Source: Blepharisma stoltei ATCC 30299 (lineage: Eukaryota; Protista; Ciliophora). Taken from it: a stretch of 64,000 bases of DNA. Under the pieces are notes generated by a model. It was not told the DNA's origin and did not search any database. It was given only the letters and a program-made list of their open reading frames with translations. A program made the position numbers and the translations under genes. This document shows, one piece after another, positions 13,591 through 25,303 of this stretch. Each line of letters begins with the position of its first letter. Positions within the stretch are counted from its first letter, which is position 1. The stretch lies in assembly GCA_965603825.1 (NCBI GenBank), contig CBFDEM010000058.1:1-64000 (forward strand), given 5' to 3'.

Positions 13591-16500
13591 CTAAACTGCT
13601 ATATCATAAAACTGTAAACTGGATTTCAAGTTTTCCTCATCCAATGCGTTACTATCTGCTGAATTGTATATATATTTATTCCTTACATCATTGCTTTGGC
13701 TCATATTCCTAGCGTACTCATATTTCACAGTTTTAACAATTCCTGCATCTTCAGGGCTCATAGCAAACAATTGAAATCTGAATAGTGTATGAATACCTTG
13801 GCCTTTTTCTGACTCCAAAAGTGAAGGAAGAAACAATTTTTGATAAATAGCTCCCACAACTCCGAATAGTATCCATCCCACTACAAGTGTGACTAATGCT
13901 GCAATTTTACTAAGCTTTTCTAATGCACAGCAAGCCCAAACCAAAAGACTGCAAGCCAGAAAAATGATATACCATAGTGAAGCTCGGTCGTAAGTGAAAG
14001 GCTGCCGAAATATTGAAATTATTATATATATAATTAGCAGCCCTATGCCAAGTCCTAAGAAAATATTATCAGATGCAGGTCGAACAATGGTATATAATAG
14101 AATCAAGGTTATTTGAACAAAGGTTTTCAAAATGCAGTGAAACTTTTGTTCTTTAAAATGAAATGGTAGGTTATCTTTCCAAAAGAATCTGTAATATAAG
14201 CTTGCAGGAGTATATAAATAAATTGCAATTGATGAAATTATCACATAGTATATGTGCTCATCTTGCCAGCAAAATGTAGAGCAGTAATGGTCATGAAAAC
14301 TGTCTTTAAAATTATCTCCTATTGAGCTTGTGCATTGATAAGTTTCAAATAAATATAAATTTATGGGTAAGAATAGCACATCTCCAACTATTGGCAAAAC
14401 CCATAAATTAAAGTCCTCTAAAATGCCTAAAAAGTTGAATCTAAGCCTTGATAAAACAAAAAGCATGAATCATCCAAGAGAGAGACCTTCAAATAATTGG
14501 ATTTCGTTTCAAAATGTAAAGTACCCTTCATTAAACCAGCCACTGATATCAAGTGCAGCAAGTTTAGTAACATTGGATCATTGTGGAAAAAAGCCTGTAA
14601 AATCTGGCCCTATTTGCATATACTGGAGGCTTTCAATCAGCATAAGAAGATAAGAGATAAGATCCACTACATTTTCTCTTTCTATAGTAACAAGCTTTGG
14701 GAACTTTTTAAAAACTGATTGGTAGAATTTTGCAGTAAATCCAATTATAATAATATAGGGGACCATTTCTATGACCATCAACAATATATACCCGTATGTG
14801 AAAGATCGGACTTGGATACTCCTAAATGGGCACTCTTGGCCATCTCCTATAATGTCGCTTGGAACATTTCCATCAGCAGTCCATGAAAATTGTTGATTAA
14901 TTTGCAGGACTATCAATTGGCTTGGATCGTAATAGCCGCAAAGATTCATAGTTCAAGTAGAATTCACTTGGATTAAGTTATAAATGCCCAAATTTACTGT
15001 AAGTCTGTCGTTTCCTTCCTGACTTATTCGGACTACTCCAGAACAGCCTGTGAATTTCACATCTCTGGCTATTTTTTGTATTTTATCGCTGTCTAAATTA
15101 ATTCCTCGCTCAAATAAGGCAGAAATTGCTTCGATTCCGAGGTGCACAGCATCATAAAATAGGCACATATAATCATGGATATGACCATATTTAGACATAA
15201 AACTGTTTTTAATGTCTAGTCCAGCTTGGTTTTCATAAGCTAGAAAGCTGATATAAATCAGCCCACTCATAATTTCTTTTCTTTTATTATAAGAACTAGT
15301 TCCGATTTCTTTTTCATCTAAATCTGATATGCTTACCATTCCGTCTCCAACTATCAAATAAATGTCGCCTTCTCTCATCCCTAAATCATAAAATGCCTCT
15401 ATAACATAAAAAATATCGGGCTGCTGGACTTCTAAGATGACATATCTGCTTTTACGCTCTATAATTTCTTTAATGCTTTTCTTATCAATTCCATCATATC
15501 CAAGTGGAATCACTCTGTTTTTATTGAGAATCTTAATTCCATATGATTCTGTTTGATTTTCGAATTGCTCGCTGAAATCTTCCCCTCAAACTGAGTCTGA
15601 GTATAATAAAGAGCACTTTGATATTCCAAATACACTTAAAATTAGAGCAGATGCAGATGCTGTGCGGGAGTTTGGGTACGAAACTCTGGCATACTGCGGG
15701 TAGTATTTAGAATTGCTAGTTTGAGTTGAAGTCTCTACTCCAATAATTGGCGTCGAAATATTGAGAGCCTGGAAAGCTTCAATAGTTTGTAAGGTCATTG
15801 AGGACTCTATTGGAGGAATATGAAAATAACCCAACTCATCGGTATGGTTAAGAAAGCAAGTATCAGTATAATTTATATAGAAATCACAATTGGTAATATT
15901 GTTAACCGTAACATCAAAATTTGGCAACAGTAAACCCTCTTTTTTAATTATCTCTATTGCAAAATCAGCTCCTTCCTGATTCATAGCATTCCTTCCACTA
16001 TTTTTAGAATCATCTCTACTTATACTAAAAGGAATTTGGATTTTATCATTACTTGGCAAACTATATGTTCCTCCAGGAAACATAATTGGCGCAAAAATCT
16101 GAAGACTTTTGCTCATAGTTCCAACCCTTACTAATTTTCCACTTTGGAAATTTCAGATCGTAAAGCTCGACTGGCTTCCATTCGCAATCCTATTATAAAT
16201 TATATATGCTGAGTATGACGCTTGAATTTTACTACTGGAAAGAACTGCATAGAAACTTTGAGAGCCCGATATAAGAAGTGTCTGGATAAAAGATAAAAAA
16301 TCGGTGCTATGGTACCATTTTTCCTCTACTAAAATGGATCCATCTAAGTAAGCTCCTCAAGCAGCTTCTTGCACATAAAGAAATGTATATCCCTTTTTGT
16401 CCATGTCAGCTTCAACAATTGCCAGCTGAATTAATTTGGCGAGCCTTGTATTAGTTTTTAGGATTATGCATTTAATGCCTAGTGGCTTGATTTTTTTGGA

Positions 16501-17052
16501 AAATAGCCAGTATACATAATCGTAAGTTGCAAGTTCTGTTAACATGAATTGGTCGACAATTTCAACATTTTCATCAATATTAAAGTCAATTTTTGTAAAT
16601 TCACTGCTGATAACAGTTATGGCTTTTTCTATACTGTAAGCTTTTGCAACAGCTAGAGCAGCTTTTGCGTGAGAGCTTAAAGAGTAATATGAGTAGTAGA
16701 CGTAGGGTAGAGGCTTTTCTGGAGCATTGTCAATAATAAAGTGGTTGAACCCATATATTCTTGCGTATTGGCTAATTAGTGTATTCATGCTGATTGACAA
16801 AGTAGCATCATATACGAACAGATAATCAGAGTCAGAAGTAAAAATATCCTCGAAATCTGAAAAATCGTTGATTTGATAGACTGCGAATTGGAAAGGCACA
16901 TTCAAGTGGCAGCCAGCAGTGTTATTTCCAGAACAATCTAAAGTGTTCAAGAAATAATCAACCATTGCCGGGGTAGTATACTTACTATACAGTGTCGGTA
17001 TAATAGTGAATTGGCCCGCTACAAAACCAATAAGTAAATACAATATCACCAT
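13591..17052 (-). CDS. Receptor-like protein B, tandem paralogue of 9249-12731 (1153 aa)
   Basis: Co-framed ORFs joined with TGA=W and colinear with copy A. TGG codons here align with TGA codons in copy A. Confidence 0.85.
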
Positions 17053-17642
17053 AAGAGCCTGTTTGTAAATTTTAATGTAAGTTAAAAAGGATTAAAAAAA
17101 AGCATAAAAATTAAAATTAATCACTTTTTAGCAGTCTCTCCTTAAAATTTCTACACTAAGTCAAGAAAAAAAATTGCTTCATCATATAAATCAAAGAATG
17201 GCATTGAAATATGCATTTAGCAGGTATAAAAGAAAGAAATAAGCTAAATAATTTATGATTGAATGATAAAAGATGAGCTTCAGATGCTTTCAAATTTCTA
17301 ATTTAGAAGACTTTTGAGAACAAAAACTGATTCGAAATAAGAAAAGCGAATTAATATCCTTCAATTTTATGATAGTAAAAATTTTAATTCTGACTTTTCA
17401 ATTCCATTGAAAAGTCACATCAAACAAAATGCAGAGAACTTGAAAGTTGTTGCAAAAACAGTAAAATCCAAAAATTCATGCAAATAGATAAGGATAAATT
17501 TGAAAAATGAAACGAGTAAGCAAAAATTGCAAAATCAGCAAAAATATCAAGCTTTAAATGGGGCAAATCTATTAATTTATGAGTTTGATAAAGATAATAA
17601 GGATAATCTAAGTAAAAAGCATATATTTTAAGTTTAAAATAT

Positions 17643-17852
17643 TATTAAGCCATGGTCTGTTGTCAATAAAATCTTTTGCTTTTCTTTTCCTGTCCACTCT
17701 ATAAGCTCACTTTAAATGCAGAAAAAATTACTATGCTTTATTACGCTATTTTCCATATTGCGCTGCTTATTTTTAAAAAAATTTGGCAAAAATACTTTAT
17801 GTTTCGTTATTAAAGCTGCCGTTAAGTATTGAAAAGCAGCCATGGCTTAATA
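17643..17852. mobile_element. Putative MITE-like element with terminal inverted repeats, TA-bounded
   Basis: Left end TA-TTAAGCCATGGtctgttgtcaata; right end tattgaaaagcagCCATGGCTTAA-TA. The perfect inverted repeat is 14 bp (17642-17655 / 17840-17853) and extends to ~27 bp with mismatches. No ORF inside. Confidence 0.5.
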
Positions 17853-17899
17853 AGCAGTGCTAAATTCAAAATCAGATGCGTCTACTAAAATTCACATAT

Positions 17900-18715
17900 T
17901 ATTCCTACCACTCTCATAGATCAATATGGCTCCAAAAAGTGAAAAAGCTTTTTTAAACAAGCCTAAGATGTTAAGGGCTTACAGCTAAGTTATACCTATC
18001 ACTAAGAACAAAATTTGCAAATTTGGCCCGATTTGTATACACTTGAGCCTTTAATCAGCACTATCAAATACGAAATAATTTCAAAAAATTTTCTTTTTCG
18101 ATAGTCACGAGTTTAGGAAATTTTTATTGAAAATGAAATAGTAAAATTTCAGCATAAGGCTAATCCCAATAATAAATGGAATATTTTTAAAATTATCAAT
18201 ACGAATAGCCGTATTTAAACGAATTAACTTGGATACTCCTGAATGGCCACTCTTGGCCATCTCCTATAATATCACTAGGGATTCCACTCGCAATTAACTG
18301 GCTTGGGTCATAAAAGCTATAATGTTCATGGCTCAGGTAAAATTTACTTGTTTCAAGTTTTAAATGCCCAAACTCACTAAGAAAAAGAAATTATGAGCGG
18401 GGCTGATTTATACAAGTTCTTAGCCTTTGAAAATTATATAGGGTTTGACATTAAAAACGATTTTTTATCCGAATATAGACACAGCTATGATTATATGTGC
18501 TTATTTTATGATGTTGCATACCTTGGGATACAATAATTTGCTGCTTTATTAGAAGGAGGAATGAATTTGAGCAGCAATAATTTTCAAAAGTAGTTAGTGA
18601 CTTTAAATTCACAGGCTGCCTAGAGTGGTTAGATAAGTCAAGATGGAAATAGACTCTCAGAAGAACTTGCTCCAATTTCTCCATCTAAATTTGACACGCT
18701 TACCATTTTCCTGAT
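17900..18715 (-). pseudogene. Decayed fragment of a third Venus-flytrap receptor paralogue with an internal inversion
   Basis: 17928-18378 and 18660-18715 match copies A/B in the same orientation (e.g. aacttggatactcctgaatggccactcttggccatctcctataat). 18379-18656 matches on the opposite strand (DYMCLFYDVAYLGIQ*). Stops and indels are present. Confidence 0.85.
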
Positions 18716-18887
18716 TATTATAAGCTCTTTTGTTATAAAGATAATTAAGACTTAAAAGTTTTGAAGAGCAAATCATCTATATTTTGAAAGCAAAGAAGCC
18801 ATATTAATTTCTTATATTTTATAATATAAATATTGTATATAAAATAATAATTAAAATATAATAGGCCCCTAAACTATAATTAAAATA

Positions 18888-21634
18888 ATGGCCAATGAAA
18901 ACGAACGATTCTTTATTACCTGTCACTATGAGTTTTGCAAAGAAAGGCCTCAATTTTTATGTGACTGCAAGTCAGGAGGAATTCTCTTATGCCAAAAACA
19001 TCTCACTGAGCATAGAACCGCTGACAATGCGAATATCCACAACCCTGAATCTTTATATAATGATCCTAATGCTGCGACAAAAGATTTGCTTATTCAACTT
19101 TTGGATAACAAAATTCTTCATTTTTGTGAGATGAAGAAAAACCAGCTTGAAAAAAGTAAAGCAGCATTATCAGAAATTATTAAGGATCAGAATATTTATG
19201 TCCAAGAATGTGACGAAAAGATTCTGAAATTGCTTCAAACGAAAGAAAAAATATGCAGCACTCGAAAAATTTCAAAAATATATCAATCGAGAATTGAAAA
19301 ATTCTTGTCAGCTTCTCCTGATAGCTCATTTAATGATATTCAAAAATGGTATGATGCTGAATTCTCTAATAATGCTGCTGAAAGCAGTCATAGCAGAAAC
19401 CAATTTTCAATTATTATTAAGAAAGGCAAAGAAGAGCTTGCAAGCCAAACTTATCAAAATATTTTTGATATAGAAAAATTTGTAACCCCACAATTATTGA
19501 ATTTGCTTTACTGTAAAATCCTAATTTCAGACATACCTAAATTCAAAGATGTTAAATTTTTAGAAAATTCTTACTATAACAGAGATCTGATATCAAGTAA
19601 GTATGAAATGTCTTCTTTTCTGAAAGAATTTCTGACTGATGAAGCAAAAGAAATTCTATTTTATATATTAAATTTATCAAAGAGCCATAAAAGCGTCGCA
19701 ACAGCAGCAAGCAACTCAATTACAATTTTAAATTGGTCGGGATTCTCATTTTTAGACCTCGATCTCAGAGGAATTAATATTCCATTTGCAGACCTCAGCA
19801 ATGTGTCACTCATAAATATTGACTTTGAAGGAAGTGACCTACAGTGAGTTGATTTCTCAAGAACAAGCTGCTACTGGGCAAACTTCAAAAACTGTGCTCT
19901 TGATAATGCAAAGTTTAGCCTACGCGCGAAACTCATCAGAGATTTTATTTATCGGAGTAGAGATTGTGCAACCAGCTTACAGTTTTCTCCTGATGAGAAA
20001 AATTTGTGTTACATTGGCCAGCGGTTGAGGCCCACTATTTGTGGTCTGGATGAAGAAAGATATACTACATTACCGCATGGAAATGTCTATACAGTCTGCT
20101 TCGCTCCTAATGGAGAGTATATTGCATATGGAGTGCTGATAAAGTTGTATATGTATGGGAAATTTCAACTGAAGAGATTGAATTTTCGCTAAAGGCTCAT
20201 AAAGGTGATGTTTACTCTGTTAGCTATTCTCCAAGTGGAGACTATCTAGCATCCGGTAGTGATGATAGCACAGTAATATTATGAGATTTTAAAAATTCCC
20301 GACATATAAAAACCTTTAAAAAGCACACAGACAGAGTCACTTCTGTTGTTTTTTCTCCGTCTAAGAGCTGAATAGCTTTTGGGGGTGAAAAATTAGTGAA
20401 AGTTTTTGATATCAACAAAGATGTTTGTATTAAAGAATTATCAGGGCATAAAAGTGATATTAACTCAGTTTCTTTTTCACCTTGTGGCAAATTTTTAGCA
20501 TCAGTGAGTGATGATTGCTCATGTAAACTGTGAGATTTATATATGGATAAAAAAATAAATGAGTTTATTGGTGATAAAGCAGTTTCCTTCTCGCAATCTG
20601 GGCACTATTTGGCTACGCTATATCATAATGCTATTTATGTATGAAACTTTGATCCGAATCTTAGGTATATAGAAGGACATTATCATAAAGAACCTATTTA
20701 TTCAATTTCCCTGTCCTCTTCAAATAAATATTTAGCATCTGCTGGAGAGGGTGAAACCATCAAAATCTGAGATATCAAGAGTCTAAAATTGATATCTGAG
20801 CATAAAATTCATAAAAATTTTGTTTCTTCAGTTTGCTTCTCCCCAAATGAGGATCTACTTCTATCAGGGAGTGCAGATCTAACAGTAAAGCTTTATGATA
20901 TCAAAGAGAGGAGCGTTATTAGCACTTTTTATGGTCACGAACAATCTCTTAGATCAGTCAAATTTGTACCTTTTGGAAAATATATAGCATCTGTCGATAA
21001 TGATGATTTTGCAATTATATGAAAAATTAAGGATCAAAAAATATATAAAACATTCGAAGATGTTTATGATATTGCTTTTCATCCAAATTTGTATGTATTT
21101 GCTTTGTCTTGCAAGTCTGGAGTTAGAATTATAAGTACAGATAATTGGGAAGAGAAAAAAAAGCTCACTGTGGATTATCCAAAACGTGTGATATTTTCGC
21201 CTTTGGGAAATGTATTTGCAACTATAAACTTTAATAAAGAAATCAGCTTATGGAGCACCAAAAATTTTAATGAGCTAAGTAGTTTTTTAGATGGAGGGGT
21301 CCTTGCATTTTCTCCTTGTGAAAACTACCTAGCTGCTGCACATAAATCAAATATAGTTTTATATGATATAGGAAAAATTACTTCAATAAGCTATTCTTCT
21401 GATGGGAAATTTATTTGCTCAGGAAGTAAAGATAAAACAATAAAATTATGGGATGCTGAAAAAGGATTGGAGTCATTAAGACAAAAAATCAAAGAAGGAG
21501 TTGTTGCTAATCAATCTTTTCTCAAGTGGACTTCGACAAGCGATGATCTAATTATGCCATTTTGCTCATTTTCAAGAGAAAAATTAAACCTGCAGACTCT
21601 TAACCTGATGGATTCACTTTGTCCAAATCCTTAA
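18888..21634 (+). pseudogene. B-box-like + pentapeptide repeat + WD40 protein with a -1 frameshift near 20132
   Basis: The N-terminus is Cys/His-rich (FLCDCKSGGILLCQKHLTEH). A pentapeptide block follows (ASNSITILN...LDLRGINIPFADLS), then many WD40 repeats (AHKGDVYSVSYSPSGDYLASGSDDSTVILWD). TATGGAGTGCTGAT lacks one base relative to the expected G-S-A-D-K. This could be an assembly indel. Confidence 0.75.
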
Positions 21635-21697
21635 AATAAGATTAATTTTATGTTTCGTAAATTTATTATTAATATACTCTACGGATTCAATATTTGT

Positions 21698-22480
21698 TTA
21701 ATGCATAAGCAAAGCTACAATAGGCACTCCTAGCATCAATATAACTGAATTGTCATATCTGTAAACGGTCCTATTATGAAGCTCTTGAGTCAGTCTATTA
21801 TTTCCTTTCCCACACGCAAATGACGAAGACCCAGCCCAGCGGCTAGTAAAAAAGTCTAACTGGGTCTGATTCACATCTTGGATTTTGTCCCAAACAAACC
21901 AATTTATTCCTTCAGTGCATGGTGGAGTTGTCAATGATCCTTGATAATAGTAAAAATTAATTAAATCCTCTTCTCCATCAAAAGCTTCTGAAAGATCGAT
22001 ATTTGTATAAATAGAATAGGAGTCTATGACTTTTTCAAGAAAATCGTTACTTTTGTCATTCAGCTGAAATAAGACTCCAATTACAAAGATCGGGCTTCCA
22101 GTCTTATTATACTGCACGCTATGCATTTCTAAGTCATAGTGAACGCCATTGACAGTATGCTCTGAAGGAGCGTGAAAATGAAATTGTTTTCCATACCCGG
22201 TTATATCACTGTTGTTGCTGTTAAAAACCCCAGTCACAAAATTTCCAGTGACTTGGTAGTTATGGTCTGTAAAGCTTCCTTTGGCTTTAATCATTGTATA
22301 AGTTAGAAGAATTCCTTGTCCAGTTGATTCATGAGTAATACTGTCAGTTATGATATTGATTGGAGACTGTGCATCGCCTTTCTCGCAAAGCCCATCTCAA
22401 TCAGCACCTGATTGACAATAGCTGAACTCTTCTGCAGCTGCGATGGTGAACAATAAAGAAAACGAAAAAGGAAAAATCAT
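21698..22480 (-). CDS. Secreted, possibly GPI-anchored alpha-carbonic anhydrase (260 aa)
   Basis: ATG 22480 with a signal peptide (TGA=W extends the track ORF). Motifs QSPINI, QFHFHAPSEH, LEMH and YYYQGSLTTPPCTE. Hydrophobic C-terminal tail. Confidence 0.95.
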
Positions 22481-22659
22481 TAATTTAAATATGAATAATA
22501 TAAGAAATGAACAGTTGAATTTATAGTGATTATTTAAAATTGAAATTTAAGATAAATGAAGTAGAAATTATCAAATAAATCATCCAATATTAGCATAGAT
22601 ATATATAGGCATTTCTTTTTATTAGTAAATTATATTAATATACCAATTTTGATGCAAAT

Positions 22660-23238
22660 CTAGCCTGATTTATAAGCCTGCTGGATGAATTTTCTCTCTA
22701 AACAAATAGCTATTGCTTCCATTGCACTATCAATATTTTGATTCAGTTTTGAAGAGACTTCTAAGAATAGCATTTCATTTTCATCAGCAAACTGCTTTCC
22801 TTCTTCATAGCTTACAGCTCTTTCATTTGCAAGGTCTAATTTGGTCCCAATCAGCATAATCGCTCCATAATTTTCGCATTTTCTTCAAGCCTCAGCTAGC
22901 CATAAAGGAGCATTTTCGAAAGTTAGCCTATTTGTAGTGTCATATAGAACCAATATTCCATCTGCCCTATTATAGTAGTTTGGAGCAATGGCATTATATC
23001 TTTCTTGGCCACATGTTCTATATAATTTGATTTTCACAGTTTTTTCAGGAATTATATGAATAAGTTTTTCTGTCTGATTATGTCTTACATAGTCGCTTCC
23101 ACCAATTGCAGGAATTCCGCTTTCATTAAAATAATTATATGCATATCTGCGAAAGAAAGAATCTTTTCCTGCACGCTGATCTCCTAATAAAATGACTTTA
23201 AAAGTTTTGGATCTTAATTTCTCTTACTGTTGCTCCAT
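22660..23238 (-). CDS. Divergent Rab-family small GTPase-like protein
   Basis: ATG 23238, with 15-nt introns at 23213-23227 and probably 23074-23088. Motifs FKVILLGDQRAGKD, TCGQERY, YYNRADG, IGTKLDL, EGKQFA and EVSSK. Confidence 0.8.
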
Positions 23239-23400
23239 TTATATTATTTAGATAGAAGCAGAAATCAATAAAATATAATCTTCTCTTAAAATTAATATAA
23301 ATTACTTTGTTTTATTGAATTGTCTTTAGAAGTTACTCCAATTAATGCAAACAATGTTTAATGAAACAGCCTAAGGCTAAGTTTACAAAATAAATTATCG

Positions 23401-24657
23401 TTAGCTATATCGATTTCTATTCCCCATCAGCCGCTTTCTTTCAGGTATAGGCAAATAATTTATCAGTTCGTAATGCTTTACAGGAATGTTTCCTTGCCTT
23501 ACGGAATAAACTGGATATGCCTGGCTGGGGTATTTTACCCTTGGAAGCTTCAAAGCTCCATAGTTATCTCTGATGAAGTTCTTGCTGAGGTTTGATTTGT
23601 GTGAGTTTGTTTCTTTGCTGATTGCTTCTTTTGTGTCTCTTCTGTTGCTGTGAAAAGAATCTACGCGGTTTAATTTGTAAATTTTTGGCAAATTAAAATC
23701 AAATTCTCTATTAGGAGGCGGCTCGCTGTGGTTTGGCCTTCCTTCTTCTCTATATTTTGATTTTGGCAGCCTTTCAGTGACAAGCTGGATGTCTTTAGAA
23801 AATTTTATTGTCCCTAATAAATGCGAGTCATTTTCTGTTTCTTCTTCATTATTATTGTCGATGTGTTTTAAAACATGGTGCATTCGGAGTATATGTGAGC
23901 AGCTTGGCCTTTTTTTGGGGTCTAATTGTAAAAGTTGAGATATAAGCAATTGAAAATCCTGTGAAAATTCAATAGGTAAAGGTGGGTACTCTCCACGAAT
24001 AACTTTTTTATACAAACCTTTCATATCTTCAGCTTGAAAAGGTGGCCTAAGAGATGCAGCCTCATACATGACACACCCTAAGCTCCAGATATCAGATTTT
24101 ATATCATAAGGGGTATCTTTTCATACCTCTGGACTTGCATAATAAGGCGTCCCTGTCTGTGTATGCAGCATTCCTTGCTTGGTAACTTTAGAAACATTCA
24201 TGTCGCCCAGCTTGACGCCTCCATCTTTCGTTAGGAAAACATTTGCACTTTTTAAGTCCCTGTGCATAATGTTAAGGTCATGTAGGGCTTTCAAACCTCT
24301 TGTGAGCCTTATAAAGAGGCTTCACAAGTAATGTTCGCTCAAATAGGTCCCTTTTTTCCGATTTTCAGATATCAATTGATATAAATCTCCACCATCTGCA
24401 TATTCCATAACGATGCAGAGGCAGCCGCTATCTTCGTCGAAAAATGCATCTTTGTAGGAAATAACATTTGTATGGTTAACACTGGCGAGGATTCTCACTT
24501 CGTTAAGAGCGTTGGTTTTTTCTTTGGCTTTTAATTTCTGCAGTTGAACTTTTTTTAAGGCGTAAATTTTGTGATCAGATGCGCGCCGTACTCGCCAAAC
24601 ACTACTGTAAGCCCCTTCACCAATTTTTGAGAGAGTTTCAAAATCTTTGAGAGACAT
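23401..24657 (-). CDS. NIMA-related Ser/Thr kinase (NEK family, 418 aa)
   Basis: Motifs IGEGAYSSV, YALKKV, ALNEVRILAS, HRDLKSANVFL, KLGDMNVSK and GTPYYASPEVW. The frame is continuous with TGA=W. Confidence 0.95.
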
Positions 24658-25303
24658 TAATTTTTGGATTTAAATAAGGCTGAAGTTCAATTGAAAAATA
24701 ATAGCAATTCAGACTGAAAAAAATATAGACGTAATAAAAGTTATTAAAATATTATCATAATGTAAATTAAATTAAATAGCTTTAAGAGAATTAACTGTTT
24801 GCATATAATTATGATGAAATTTGAATTATAAGCTTTATTTATCAAAATAATATCGACAAATTTACAGGGTTCATTTAATTAGAAAAATGATCAAGTTTAA
24901 TCGATTTTAATAAATATAGTATATCACTATGCTCATTATTACCCCATTTAAGAAGAACCTTCTTACGCTTATTGCATACTTATTTAGTTTATTAAATTCT
25001 ATTTTGTTTTTTAATTAGCATAAGATATATATATCAGCTTTTAAAATATTTAAAGCTTTATGTCAAAAATTTAATTATAAATTTATCTTTGCCCTTGCTG
25101 TCATAAACTAAAGCTCAAGAGTTTAAAGCGGCAACAAATTATTAACTAATTGTTTATATTTATATATTTGATCATATTTTATCACCGAAACAGCAATCGT
25201 TAAGACTCTTACAGCTGACTAAATGCAGCCAGTCAATAAATTTCTAACTGAATGAGAATTTCCAAGAAAGTTAAAAAGTGAATAATGAATAACGGTTAAT
25301 AAA

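Noticed and set aside
20117-20133. 17-nt GT-AG segment that could restore the WD40 reading frame
   Set aside because: The length is atypical and it would delete the conserved YIAxGS strand of the WD repeat. A 1-nt deletion explains the shift better.
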